A stretch of 64,000 bases of DNA from an uncultured Lentisphaerota bacterium. Its GTDB lineage: Bacteria > Verrucomicrobiota > Lentisphaeria > Victivallales > UBA1829. A model generated the notes under the pieces. The model saw only the letters and a program-made list of their open reading frames with translations. It did no database searches and was not told where the DNA came from. Below, in pieces: positions 1 to 11,827 of the stretch; the stretch's first letter is position 1, and each line of letters begins with the position of its first letter. Made by a program: the position numbers and the translations under genes. The stretch lies in the NCBI GenBank assembly GCA_900320095.1, contig ONQZ01000001.1, positions 19,174 to 83,173 of the forward strand, given 5' to 3'.

Positions 1-888
1 TACGGTGCTTCGCCGGATCCCGTCCGGTTCGACCTCATGGGACACAGCATGGGCGGGCTGATCGCGCGCTACTACATGCGGTACGGAGAGACGCCCCTGC
101 CCGCCGAAGGCGCGCCCGATCCGGCGATCATCTGGGCCGGCGCGAAGAACGTCGGCAAGCTCATCCAGATCGGGACGCCGAACAGCGGATATCTGGACAC
201 CGTGGTCGAGCTGGTGAACGGTCTGCGGCTTCAGCCGGGCGCGCCGCTCTACCCCGCCTCCGTGATCGGCACCTTCCCGTCCTACTACGAAATGATGCCG
301 TTTCCGCAGTTCGCCGCCGTGCGGAAAGCCGTTCCGGGCAAAACGGAGGAGGAGTCCGTCGCCCGCGGGGAGGCGGTCGACCTGTACGACCTGAACACGT
401 GGATCAAGTACAAATGGGGGCTCGCGAACCCGGACCTCGACGCCGACCTGCAGTGGCTTCTGCCGGACGTGAAAACAGCGGCGGAACGGCGTTACATCGC
501 GCTGGAACACCTTCAGAAATGCCTGAACTCGGCGAAGCGCATCGCGTCCATGCTCTCCACGCCCGATCCGAAGGACTCCGACGTCTTCCAGATGATCTTC
601 ATCGGGGACTCCGTGCCGACGTCCTCGCTCGCGCTGGTCGGGGAAGACGGCGATTTGCGCGTGGTGCGGTACGATTCCGGCGACGGGAAAGTGTCCGCCG
701 TGAGCGCACGCGCCGACCTGCGGAATCCGGACAGCACCGGAGCCTGGGGGCCGCGGATGGAGTCGCCGGTGCGCTGGAAGGGCGTCATTCACGTGAGCGG
801 GGCGCACATGGGGATCACGGTCGCGCCGGACTTCCTGCACAACATGCGGTTCTACCTGGTGCAGTTCCCGGACATGGACGAGGAATAA
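1..888 (+). CDS. alpha/beta-hydrolase, lipase/LCAT-like (5' end outside window)
   Basis: Frame 1 is open from nt 1 (YGASPDPVRFDL precedes the Met at 37). GHSMGG nucleophile-elbow (GxSxG) lies at the start of the listed ORF. Stop at 886-888. Confidence 0.6.
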   Translation, partial: YGASPDPVRFDLMGHSMGGLIARYYMRYGETPLPAEGAPDPAIIWAGAKNVGKLIQIGTPNSGYLDTVVELVNGLRLQPGAPLYPASVIGTFPSYYEMMPFPQFAAVRKAVPGKTEEESVARGEAVDLYDLNTWIKYKWGLANPDLDADLQWLLPDVKTAAERRYIALEHLQKCLNSAKRIASMLSTPDPKDSDVFQMIFIGDSVPTSSLALVGEDGDLRVVRYDSGDGKVSAVSARADLRNPDSTGAWGPRMESPVRWKGVIHVSGAHMGITVAPDFLHNMRFYLVQFPDMDEE

Positions 889-894
889 TCCGGT

Positions 895-1143
895 TCAGAA
901 GCGTTTGCTCTGACGGAAGAAGCACATCTCGTGGCAGCGCGGACAGCGGACGATGTGTTCGCGGTCGTCGCGCGCGAGGAACGTGAGGTTGCATTTGCCG
1001 CAGAGATAGAGGCGGTCCTTCACGACGGAATCGCTCGTGTTCTTGCGTTTGCGCAGCTCGTCGCAAATCCACAGCAGGGCGATCACGAAAAACCACGTGG
1101 CGAAGTACCACACGAAAATACGGTCGAGCGGGATCGGGATCAT
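895..1143 (-). CDS. small membrane protein with C-terminal zinc-ribbon (CGKC...CPRC)
   Basis: 82 aa with ATG at 1143 in an ATGA overlap with the upstream gene stop. One hydrophobic helix (FVWYFATWFFVIALLWI) followed by two CxxC pairs. Confidence 0.5.
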   Translation of the reverse strand: MIPIPLDRIFVWYFATWFFVIALLWICDELRKRKNTSDSVVKDRLYLCGKCNLTFLARDDREHIVRCPRCHEMCFFRQSKRF

Positions 1144-1934
1144 CGGACAGACGCCTCCTTCCGCAGGGATTCGGCGGACCAGACGACCCGGCAGAAACCG
1201 CCGTCTTTCAGTCCGGCGGGACAGTCGGACGAGTTCAGAAGCGTGTCGAGCCAGGCGCGCGCCGTCAGGTCAAGTTCGGCGACGCCGCAGGATCGCTCCA
1301 GCACAGCCTCGTATGGCAGATCGGGCAGGACCGGGGGTTTGACCTGGAAAACGGACTGTTCCGGGGGACGCTGCCGCTGCAGGGTGCGTTCCTCCGCGGC
1401 GCCGAGCCGGAACAGGGGGAAGACCACGCCGGAAGCGGTGTCCGCCGCCCAGTACGGATAGACGGGAGCCGCAACGGCGGCGGCTTCCGGATCGTAGTCC
1501 GGGACATCCGGGAGAAGCGGACGGCTGACCGCCGCCAGAGAGATTTGCGGAGCTTCCGGCAGGAGGGAAAGCTTCTCCGGAAGAGGAAGCTCGAACGGCG
1601 CTTCAGGGCCGTTTTCCGCCTGCGCCGTGCGGAAAAAGGAAAAACCGAATTCCTCCGGCGGATGCAGGAACGAAACCGGATCGAACGTGTCGACCATCTT
1701 CAGGAAAAGCGGATCCGAATCCGTGACGCGCGAGGAAACAAACAGCGTAGTCCGGTCGGCGCGCGGGACCGCGCCCCCCGTCGGATCCGGTTTCAGCGGC
1801 GTGAAGACCGTGACCAGAAGCAGGTGGATCAGGACGACCGCCACGCCGACGAGCAGGAGCATGGACGGGCGAAGCCGCTCTTTCGGAAGCGACTCGTCGA
1901 CGGGCAGCAGGAATTGTCCGGGGGCGTCCGTCAT
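1140..1934 (-). CDS. hypothetical membrane-anchored protein (sits where tonB usually follows exbBD)
   Basis: 264 aa with an ATGA overlap with the exbD stop. N-terminal TM helix MLLLVGVAVVLIHLLLVTVF. No recognisable TonB C-terminal motif. Confidence 0.5.
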   Translation of the reverse strand: MTDAPGQFLLPVDESLPKERLRPSMLLLVGVAVVLIHLLLVTVFTPLKPDPTGGAVPRADRTTLFVSSRVTDSDPLFLKMVDTFDPVSFLHPPEEFGFSFFRTAQAENGPEAPFELPLPEKLSLLPEAPQISLAAVSRPLLPDVPDYDPEAAAVAAPVYPYWAADTASGVVFPLFRLGAAEERTLQRQRPPEQSVFQVKPPVLPDLPYEAVLERSCGVAELDLTARAWLDTLLNSSDCPAGLKDGGFCRVVWSAESLRKEASVR

Positions 1935-2401
1935 GATTCAGGCTCGGTGAAACTGGTCGTCCGGCCGCGCGCGGGGCCGGCGGACATGAAGAGGGCGTTC
2001 ACGTTCAGCTCCTCCGCGACGGCGAGGACCTCGGCGACGACGGTGAGCGGTGCGCGGACGTCGCAGCGGATGATCACGCGTTCCTTGTCCGGCTGGAAAC
2101 CGCGCGCGTTCAGGGATTCGGAAAGCTGGCGTTTGAGCTCGGCCGCGCCGGAGACGGCGGCATCGTTGAAGTAGATGCGGCTGTCCTTGTCGATGGTCAC
2201 GACGTAGTTGCGGGAGGTGTAGAGGAACCTGCCGCCGGTCCTGGGGAGTTCGACCTCGACGCCTCGGAGCGGGACGAAGTTCGAGCTGAGCATGAAGAAG
2301 ACCAACAGGATGAAAAAGACGCAGAAATACAGGACCAGACTTGGCAGGCCGCTGAATATTTTGAGCTTGGTCTTTACCTGGATCGGGGCTTCATTCGGCA
2401 T
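1931..2401 (-). CDS. exbD: biopolymer transport protein ExbD/TolR
   Basis: Start trimmed to ATG 2401 (MPNEAPIQVK..). The upstream 84 codons of the track ORF are Pro/Arg/Ser-rich and overlap exbB. It has a single TM and the typical ExbD periplasmic domain pattern (VVTIDKDSRIYFND...VIIRCDVRAPLTVVAEVLAVAEE). Confidence 0.8.
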   Translation of the reverse strand: MPNEAPIQVKTKLKIFSGLPSLVLYFCVFFILLVFFMLSSNFVPLRGVEVELPRTGGRFLYTSRNYVVTIDKDSRIYFNDAAVSGAAELKRQLSESLNARGFQPDKERVIIRCDVRAPLTVVAEVLAVAEELNVNALFMSAGPARGRTTSFTEPES

Positions 2402-3035
2402 GGTCGGCGCCGTTCTCTTTTTTGTGGTGGCGGAAGAAATACATGATCTCGGCGGAGGCTTTCTCCATGTCCGTGCAGAAATCCTGCACGCGGGAGACCA
2501 AGTAGTTGTAGGCGATGTGGCACGGGATCGCGACGGAGAGCCCGGCGGCCGTGCAGAGGAGCGCCTTGTAGACGCCCTTGGAGAGCTCGGGGAGCGTCGT
2601 GATGGCGGCGTCCGGGTTGGCGGTGATGGTCTGGAAGGAATCCACGAGTCCAAGCACGGTGCCGAGGAGGCCGAGCAGGGGCGTCACGTATGCGAGCGTG
2701 GCGAGGATGTTGAGACGCGATTCGAGGCGCGGCACCTCGATCAGCGTCTGGGTCGCGAGGGAATCGCGGATGTCGTCGCCCTCCTTGTAGGCGCGGATGG
2801 CGCTGGAAAGCACGCGTGGCACCGGGCCGGGCGAGTTGTCGCACAGCGTGATCGCCTCGATCATGCCGTCGCGCCGGAGCACGTTGGTGAGGCCGGTGAC
2901 GATCTCGTTGACGTCCATCTGGGCACGGTAGAACTCGAACCATTTCCAGATGAAGATGAACGCGGCGATCAGGGCGCAGAGGGCGATCAGCGCAAGCACG
3001 GGACCGCCCTGCTGAAGCATGGACAGATATTTCAT
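2391..3035 (-). CDS. exbB: MotA/TolQ/ExbB proton-channel protein
   Basis: 214 aa with 3 TM segments. Conserved C-terminal channel region LAYVTPLLGLLGTVLGLV...ALLCTAAGLSVAIPCHIAYNYL. Confidence 0.85.
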   Translation of the reverse strand: MKYLSMLQQGGPVLALIALCALIAAFIFIWKWFEFYRAQMDVNEIVTGLTNVLRRDGMIEAITLCDNSPGPVPRVLSSAIRAYKEGDDIRDSLATQTLIEVPRLESRLNILATLAYVTPLLGLLGTVLGLVDSFQTITANPDAAITTLPELSKGVYKALLCTAAGLSVAIPCHIAYNYLVSRVQDFCTDMEKASAEIMYFFRHHKKENGADHAE

Positions 3036-5884
3036 GATTTGGTTGACTCCGGACTGGTGGTTGTATTGGGGACCGCCGGGACAGGCGGCTGATATTGTTT
3101 CTTGCGGAGAGCGCGGACCCGCTGACGGACCGAGGCCCGATCGACCGTGCCGGTCTGTTCCAGCCAGCGGAGCGCGCCTACGGCGGATTCCACGTTGGAG
3201 ACGGACGGATCCTTGTGCGCGAGGGATTCGAGGGCGTCGACCGCGCGGAAGATCCAGAACGCCTCGACGGGCCTGGACGCGGCATCCTGCGCCGGGACCA
3301 GGTAGACCGTTTTGTTGAAGAGGGCGAACGCCTCCTTCTCGTCGCCCGCCTTCCAGAGGGACTGGCCGGCTTTGTAGTACGCCATCGCCTCGTATTCGGG
3401 ACGCAGGTTTTTAAGCTTCAGGAGCGCCTGATACTGTTCGGCGGCCAGGCGGCACGCATCGGCGGACGGAAAGACGACTTCAGGAGCGGTTGTTTTGGGC
3501 ACATCCGAGGATTTGGCAGTGTCGGCGGTTTTGGACGTTCCGGCGGCCTGTACGGCGGCGGACGGCTTCGTGCCGGTCTGCGCCGCGGGGGCGGGCTTCG
3601 CCGCCGTCTGAGAGGCCGCGGAGGCCGTTTCCTTCGGCTTCGTCACGACCGCCGAGCCCGTGGCGAGCGCATAGACGCAGTCCGCCGCGGAACCGAGCGC
3701 GGCCTGTTCGAGCTGCGTCCCGGGGACGGCCTGTGCTGCGGCCTCGTATTCCGCGCGGGCCTTCGTGTAATCGTTGAAGGCGCGGGCGATGTCGCCGCGC
3801 AGATAATGGACGTCGCCCTTCAGCGCGTCGTCGGGGGAAAGCGCGTCGACGGCGTCCAGGGCGGAAATCGCGGACGTGAGGTCGTCGCGCTGGTAGGCGA
3901 TCAAAGCCTTCTCGTAGGAGGCGCGGGCGCGGATCTTCGGATATTTCTCCTGGTTCAGGAGCTGGTCGACCGTGCTTTCCGCGTGTTGGACGGACCCGGT
4001 ACCGCGGTAATGCTCCGCGAGGCGCAGCAGCGCCGCGCCGGCATATTCGGATTCGGGGGCGTCCTCGATGAAACGCCAGGATTCGCGTTCCGCTCCGACC
4101 TCGTCGCCGGACGCGTACAGCGCATGGATCAGCCAGTAGCGGCCCGGTTCCGCGACCGGAAGCGAACTGTAGTCCTGACGGAGCCTGCGGAGGCTTTCCA
4201 CGGCTTTGCCGGGCTCGCCGAGGCGGATCTGAAGACGTCCGGCGGCATAGAGGGCGGCGGCGCGGCGTTCCTGCGTCGCTGCGGTCTTCGGCGCGGCCTT
4301 TTCATAGTCCAGATAACTCTGCGCGGCGGCCGCGGCGTCGCCGGTCTTGTCCTGCGCGACCGCCGAAAGATAGACCGCCTCCGGGTCGAGGTGCTCGGGA
4401 TCCGCCTTGCGGAGCGCGGCGGCGGCATCCAGCAGATCGGCGTAGAGGCCGGCCTCCAGCGAACAGCGCATGGCGTTCAGCATGGCCTCGGAACGGAGTC
4501 CGGCGGAGGAATCGTCGACGGCGCGGTAAAGCTTCGCGGCTTCGGCGGGCTTGCCCTCGCGCCACGTGATCTCCGCCAGGTCCATCGACCGGGCGGACTT
4601 CTTCGCCGGGTCCGTGTCGAACGCCGCAACGAACTTGCGGGCGGATGCGAACGCCTTTTCTGCCAGCATCATCTCGAAAAGTTTGCGGTAAACGGGTTCG
4701 CGTTCGGCGGCGGGGATGGCAGTGTCGGAAAGACAGGTGAGGCAGATATCCAGCGCATCGTCGGGGCGTCCCGCCTGGAACAGGACCGATGCGATCTGGA
4801 GCTTGAAATCGGGGGAAAGCTTGCTGTCCTTGAAGAGCGAGAGCATGCGCGACGCCAGGTCGGCGGCGGTCTTCCGGTCCTTCAGGCGCTGGAACGCCCC
4901 GATCAGGCGCGTCATGGCGTCGAACGCGTCCTCGCGCACGGTGGCGAAGGAATACGCGAGGTGGAACGCCTCGGCGGCGCGCACATAGTCCTCGCGTTTG
5001 GAGAATTCCTCGCCGATGCGGCACGCCGCGAGGAAGAAAAGATTGTCCTTGCGCGGAGTGGAGACGGATTTGATCCCGCTCCAGTCGTCCGCGATGGCCT
5101 CCGTGCCCTTCTCCGCAAGTTTCAGGTAGAACGACAGGAGTTTGAGCGCGTCGACGTCGCGTTTGTTATCCGCATCCGGCAGGGATTTGAGGATGTCGTA
5201 GGCGTCCGTGTATTTGCCGAGCGCGGCCAGCGACAGCGCCTGGCGTTCCGCGGCCCTGCGCCCGAATGACGTCTTATTGCCCGCGATCTCGCCGTAATAC
5301 TTCGAGGCGGCTTCGTGGTCGCCCTTGAGTTCGGCGACGAACGCCGCGCAGGAGAGCGCCCGGAGATAGCTCGGGTCGAGTTTTTCGAGGCCGGAAATCA
5401 GTTTCTGAAGAATCCTGTCCGCATCGTCGGCGCGGCGCTGGAGCAGACAGATCTCCGCCTGCCACAGACTGACGGAATTCGCGTTCAGCTGCGGAAACGC
5501 GGCGCGGTATTCGTCCAGGAGCTTGTTCGCGGAATCGGCGAGGTTCGCGAGGATCAGCGCGTCCAGCTCGCGGGCGTACGCGTCCTTGCGCGCCTCCTGG
5601 TCGCCGTTCTGTTCCGCCTTCACCCGGTACTGACGGTAGAAGCTCGCCGCCGTGCCGTATTCGCCCGCGGCGCGGGCGCGTTCGCCGGACTCCATGTCCG
5701 GATATGACGGCTTCTGTTCCTCGGCGGAAGCGGCCGGCATGTCCTGCGCGTCCGCCCGCGCCATGCCGGAACACAGCAGCATTCCGGCGGCCGTGCAGAC
5801 AAAAAGCGTCCTCCCGGCGCGGACGCCGGGAAGAGATCCCGCCGGATCCGAGGTCCGGCGGCCGTATGGGAAACGTTTAAGCAT
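3032..5884 (-). CDS. large secreted TPR-repeat protein
   Basis: Start trimmed to ATG 5884 ([10 protein letters not shown]...CSGMARADA, signal-peptide-like), which removes the Arg/Pro-rich overlap with recA. Many TPR-like Ala/Tyr/Leu repeats and an Ala/Thr/Pro low-complexity linker. ATGA overlap with the exbB start. Confidence 0.75.
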   Translation of the reverse strand: MLKRFPYGRRTSDPAGSLPGVRAGRTLFVCTAAGMLLCSGMARADAQDMPAASAEEQKPSYPDMESGERARAAGEYGTAASFYRQYRVKAEQNGDQEARKDAYARELDALILANLADSANKLLDEYRAAFPQLNANSVSLWQAEICLLQRRADDADRILQKLISGLEKLDPSYLRALSCAAFVAELKGDHEAASKYYGEIAGNKTSFGRRAAERQALSLAALGKYTDAYDILKSLPDADNKRDVDALKLLSFYLKLAEKGTEAIADDWSGIKSVSTPRKDNLFFLAACRIGEEFSKREDYVRAAEAFHLAYSFATVREDAFDAMTRLIGAFQRLKDRKTAADLASRMLSLFKDSKLSPDFKLQIASVLFQAGRPDDALDICLTCLSDTAIPAAEREPVYRKLFEMMLAEKAFASARKFVAAFDTDPAKKSARSMDLAEITWREGKPAEAAKLYRAVDDSSAGLRSEAMLNAMRCSLEAGLYADLLDAAAALRKADPEHLDPEAVYLSAVAQDKTGDAAAAAQSYLDYEKAAPKTAATQERRAAALYAAGRLQIRLGEPGKAVESLRRLRQDYSSLPVAEPGRYWLIHALYASGDEVGAERESWRFIEDAPESEYAGAALLRLAEHYRGTGSVQHAESTVDQLLNQEKYPKIRARASYEKALIAYQRDDLTSAISALDAVDALSPDDALKGDVHYLRGDIARAFNDYTKARAEYEAAAQAVPGTQLEQAALGSAADCVYALATGSAVVTKPKETASAASQTAAKPAPAAQTGTKPSAAVQAAGTSKTADTAKSSDVPKTTAPEVVFPSADACRLAAEQYQALLKLKNLRPEYEAMAYYKAGQSLWKAGDEKEAFALFNKTVYLVPAQDAASRPVEAFWIFRAVDALESLAHKDPSVSNVESAVGALRWLEQTGTVDRASVRQRVRALRKKQYQPPVPAVPNTTTSPESTKS

Positions 5885-6983
5885 TCGCCTCGCCGGATGC
5901 GGGCGCTTCCGCCGCGGCTTCGGCGGCGTCCTCGGCTGCGACGCCCGCCTTCTGTGCGGCAAGCACGTCCTTGATCTTCTGATAGATATTATCGGCGAGC
6001 TCGGGCTTCTCGGTGAGGAGCGCCTTCACGGCGTCGCGGCCCTGCGCGAGCTGTTCGCTGCCGAAGGAGAACCAGGAGCCGCGCTTCTCGATGATGCCCA
6101 TGTCGAGGGCGACGTCGAGGATGGATCCGATGCGGGAGATGCCTTCGTTCCAGTTGATGTCGAACTCGGCGACACGGAACGGCGCGGCGAGCTTGTTCTT
6201 CACGACCTTGACCTTCGTGCGGGCGCCGACGGATTCGCCAGCGGCATTCTTGATCGCCTGGATGCGGCGGATGTCGAGGCGGATGGAGCAGTAGAACTTC
6301 ATGGCGTTGCCGCCGGTGGTCGTCTCGGGGTTGCCGAACATCACGCCGATCTTCTCGCGGATCTGGTTGGTGAAGATGCAGCAGGTGCGGCTGCGGCTGA
6401 TGGCGGGCGTGAGCTTGCGGAGCGCCTGGGACATCAGGCGTGCCTGGAGGCCCATGAAGGAGTCGCCGATGTTGCCTTCGAGTTCGCTCTTCGGCACGAG
6501 GGCGGCGACGGAGTCGATGACCAGCACGTCGACGGCGTTGCTGCGCACGAGCATCTCGGCGATGTTCAGGGCGTCTTCGCCGCAGTCCGGCTGCGAGATC
6601 AGCAGGTTGTCGATGTTCACGCCGATGCGCTTCGCGTAGGCCGGGTCGACGGCGTGTTCGGCGTCGATGAACGCCGCGGTGCCGCCCGCCTTCTGGGCGT
6701 TCGCGATCACGTGCATGCACAGCGTGGTCTTGCCGGAGGATTCGGGGCCGAAGATCTCGATGATGCGGCCGCGCGGCAGGCCCATGATGCCGAGCGCGAT
6801 GTCAAGCGAGAGCGCGCCGGTGCTGATGACCGGGACGTCGACGGTGTGATTGTCGCCGAGGCGCATGATGGAGCCCTTGCCGAACTCCTTTTCGATCTGC
6901 GCGAGCGCCACGTTCAGGTTTTTATCGCGGTCGGGCGCGGCGGCTGCTGCCGCTGCGGCTTTTTTGGATTCTTTGTCCGCCAT
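5877..6983 (-). CDS. recA: recombinase RecA
   Basis: [10 protein letters not shown] Walker [52 protein letters not shown]. Full-length collinear RecA pattern with an Ala/Glu-rich C-terminal tail. Confidence 0.97.
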   Translation of the reverse strand: MADKESKKAAAAAAAAPDRDKNLNVALAQIEKEFGKGSIMRLGDNHTVDVPVISTGALSLDIALGIMGLPRGRIIEIFGPESSGKTTLCMHVIANAQKAGGTAAFIDAEHAVDPAYAKRIGVNIDNLLISQPDCGEDALNIAEMLVRSNAVDVLVIDSVAALVPKSELEGNIGDSFMGLQARLMSQALRKLTPAISRSRTCCIFTNQIREKIGVMFGNPETTTGGNAMKFYCSIRLDIRRIQAIKNAAGESVGARTKVKVVKNKLAAPFRVAEFDINWNEGISRIGSILDVALDMGIIEKRGSWFSFGSEQLAQGRDAVKALLTEKPELADNIYQKIKDVLAAQKAGVAAEDAAEAAAEAPASGEANA

Positions 6984-7012
6984 GGCTGGTGGATTCCTTT
7001 CCGTGTAAAGTG

Positions 7013-9748
<2,736 letters not shown>

Positions 9749-9755
9749 TCACTAT

Positions 9756-9784
9756 AATATACACCGTCACGTCTTCTTTTTCAA
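9756..9784 (-). promoter_or_regulatory. putative sigma70-type promoter of gyrB
   Basis: Minus strand reads TTGAAA (9784-9779), a 17-nt spacer, then TGT-TATATT (-10 at 9761-9756). It lies about 60 nt upstream of the gyrB ATG. Confidence 0.4.
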
Positions 9785-9963
9785 GCGCGTACGCGTATAC
9801 GCGCGAGAAAAAAAAGCGTTTTTTTCGAAAAAAGACGGGTCGCATTTGAATAAACCGGACGGACAGGAGGAGAATCGAAAAAAGGACCGGATAATCGGAA
9901 GCAATCGGAGCAAAACCGTGTCTCCAGCGCATATGCGAGGAGTGACGGATACCCCCCAAAAAA

Positions 9964-10020
9964 CTTTCCCGCGTACACACGCAAGTTTCAGTTAAAACAA
10001 GTTCCTTTTAACTGAAACTT
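9964..10020 (+). repeat. hairpin composite repeat, copy 1
   Basis: CTTTCCCGCGTACACACGCA flank followed by (C)AAGTTTCAGTTAAAA-CAAGTTCC-TTTTAACTGAAACTT(G). The stem is 16 bp and perfect. Same element as the copies at 17.3-17.7 kb. Confidence 0.85.
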
Positions 10021-10147
10021 GAGGCAGGATTCCTGAAACAGGAAACACTCATCGCAAATACACTTTCCAACGCGTCAAGTCACTCCCCTATGCCGAGATG
10101 AAAAAACTTTGACAAGAAAGAATCACAATATTCTTTAATTGTCTCTT

Positions 10148-11131
10148 TTAGTTTTCGAGTTCACCTGAACAATCCCCATCTTGACGGATTCGCAAAATTC
10201 GTTCAGATACAAGTAATTCAATATCCGTTTTCATTTCTTCTGGCAGGAATGAAGCGGACAATGCTGCCGGAAGATCTTTCGTCACAGAATTGACGATCCT
10301 GTTCAAGGCTCTGGCGCTTTGAACGGAGGTCAGGTTCATGGAAACGGCAAACTTTTCAAAATCGACCCGTTTCAGCCGGTTCTTCTTTCCGTTCAGCGTC
10401 AGGGCGAGTTCCTCCGTGTCCGCCGGCATGATGATCTTCACGGGGACGAGGTCGTACGCCGGGCTCAGCTCACACGCGCCTTTTTCCTTCCGCAGGAGCG
10501 AGAAGTTTTTCAGGTGCATGTCGGAATTGCCCGTCAGGAAGCAGAATACCGTCAGTTCAAAAAGCCTGACGGCATCCAGACCGGGGGCGTCGGAATACTT
10601 GCGGAGCGCCTTTCCGACCTGTTCCATGGAGCCGTTGTATTTCTGGGCGGTCACTTTGTTGAGGATCTGGCAGAAGTCCTCCATGTGAAGCATCCTGCCG
10701 CCTTCCCGGTCCATCCGGCGCGTTATGTAGGCGAGTTCGCCGGATTTGAGCGGGATGAGTCCGAATTCAGCCGTGGATACTCCGCACGCTCTTGCCAGGA
10801 GCATGCAAAAATGCTCCGCCTCCGGAAGATGTTTCCACTGCGGCGTCTGCGGTTTCAGGATGTAATTCCCCTCAAGGCCGACCAGAGTCAGCCGAGAATT
10901 CGAACGCGGATTTCCATGTTCGAGATGCAGGGAAAGCTTCGGCTGGACCCCCGGAACGGAGATGCGGCTCAGGACCGTGTCCTTCGCCAAGGCGTTCAAT
11001 TCATCCTGGGTGTAGTTCAGCGCGGGGATGTGCAGAGAGTCGAAAAGTCTTTTTGCGCATTTCGGATGGTAATACATATCCTGTTCAACCAGAGGTACTC
11101 CGCAGGACAGACAGCGACCGCCGTATTTCAT
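10148..11131 (-). CDS. hipT: HipT-like Ser/Thr kinase toxin (HipA C-terminal kinase core)
   Basis: ATG at 11131 (MKYGGRC..) in an ATGA overlap with the hipS stop. N-terminal CLSCG...HPKC zinc-ribbon-like segment, loop RISVPGVQPKLSL, catalytic loop TGNSDMHLKNFSL and SPAYDLVP. It lacks the HipA N-subdomain. Confidence 0.85.
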   Translation of the reverse strand: MKYGGRCLSCGVPLVEQDMYYHPKCAKRLFDSLHIPALNYTQDELNALAKDTVLSRISVPGVQPKLSLHLEHGNPRSNSRLTLVGLEGNYILKPQTPQWKHLPEAEHFCMLLARACGVSTAEFGLIPLKSGELAYITRRMDREGGRMLHMEDFCQILNKVTAQKYNGSMEQVGKALRKYSDAPGLDAVRLFELTVFCFLTGNSDMHLKNFSLLRKEKGACELSPAYDLVPVKIIMPADTEELALTLNGKKNRLKRVDFEKFAVSMNLTSVQSARALNRIVNSVTKDLPAALSASFLPEEMKTDIELLVSERILRIRQDGDCSGELEN

Positions 11132-11445
11132 GATTTCACCTCCCGCACACTCGTCGCGCCGATGCAATCCCGGCAGCATGCCAGGAGCAATCCCATACGG
11201 TCGTTCGGATCGAGTTTCCAGTTGTCGACGGCGATTTCCAGCAGCCAGCCTTCCGGGATCAGACCATCGAAAAACGGAAACAGGGTCCGGTCGAAAAACG
11301 TTTTCTGTTCCAACGGGAAATTGACCGAGAGCCTCACGGGATTGTCCGCCAGATACGCGGCATCGTACTGGAACGTGTAGCCGTTCTCGTCCTCGGTCAG
11401 GAGTCCGGCCAGCCGTCCGTAGAGATAAATTTCGGCCTGCCGCAT
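11128..11445 (-). CDS. hipS: HipS-like protein (stand-alone HipA N-terminal subdomain)
   Basis: 105 aa. IYLYGRLAGLLTEDENGYTFQYD...NFPL...LFPFFDGLIPEGW matches the HipA N-terminal (couple_hipA) domain pattern, here encoded as a separate ORF. Confidence 0.8.
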   Translation of the reverse strand: MRQAEIYLYGRLAGLLTEDENGYTFQYDAAYLADNPVRLSVNFPLEQKTFFDRTLFPFFDGLIPEGWLLEIAVDNWKLDPNDRMGLLLACCRDCIGATSVREVKS

Positions 11446-11448
11446 CGG

Positions 11449-11652
11449 TTATTCCTCCCGAGTGCCCGGAATCGGACCGAGCTGATGCCCGAACAGATCA
11501 AGGACGATGTTGACCTTGTCCATGCGCAGCGTCGGTTTCCCGGCCTCCAGCTCGCGGACAAACCGGATGCCGACTCCGGCCCGGTCCGCCAGGTCGCGTT
11601 GTGTCAGTTTGTATTCTTTTCGTTTTTGTCGGACGAACTCGGAGATGGTCAT
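11449..11652 (-). CDS. hipB: HipB-like XRE-family HTH protein
   Basis: 67 aa. KLTQRDLADRAGVGIRFVRELEAGK is a Cro/XRE helix-turn-helix. First gene of the operon, with a 3-nt gap to hipS. Confidence 0.8.
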   Translation of the reverse strand: MTISEFVRQKRKEYKLTQRDLADRAGVGIRFVRELEAGKPTLRMDKVNIVLDLFGHQLGPIPGTREE

Positions 11653-11653
11653 G

Positions 11654-11753
11654 TTATACCCTTTCGGTGTTATTGTGTGTTTTTTCTTTAAATTTACACC
11701 CTATTGGGTATAAAATCAAGAGAAGAATCAAAAATAACCCCTATCGGGTATAA
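11654..11753 (-). promoter_or_regulatory. putative hipBST promoter/operator region with three GGGTATAA-containing sites
   Basis: Plus strand shows TTATACCC (11654-11661, inverted), ACACCCTATTGGGTATAAAAT (11695-11715) and AACCCCTATCGGGTATAAATT (11735-11755). The last two are 20-nt direct repeats about 40 nt apart, each an internal ACCC-N4/5-GGGT palindrome. On the minus strand TTGATT-17 nt-TAAATT overlaps the middle site. Confidence 0.4.
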
Positions 11754-11827
11754 ATTATACAAAAAAGCGCGGGCCCGGTATGGTGTCCGGGTCCGCGATG
11801 AGAAATCAGCGTAATGCGCTGTGGCGC

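Noticed and set aside
1931-2653. N-terminal extensions of track ORFs: exbD 1931-2653, DUF1559 16211-17206, recX 37504-38313, 51636-52676, icd 53655-55160, hipT to 11179, vapC to 35440, and the hydrogenase-like ORF from 17981.
   Set aside because: The extensions are Arg/Pro/Ser-rich, overlap the upstream gene or non-coding repeats, and lack RBS support. Internal ATG codons with coupling overlaps or Shine-Dalgarno sequences give proteins of the expected family length.
10109-10140. Plus-strand TTGACA (10109-10114) that could drive antisense transcription into hipT.
   Set aside because: No acceptable -10 hexamer lies at 16-18 nt. The best candidate is TTTAAT at 19 nt. The nearby AAGAAT...ATTCTT inverted repeat is short. 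Evidence is insufficient.
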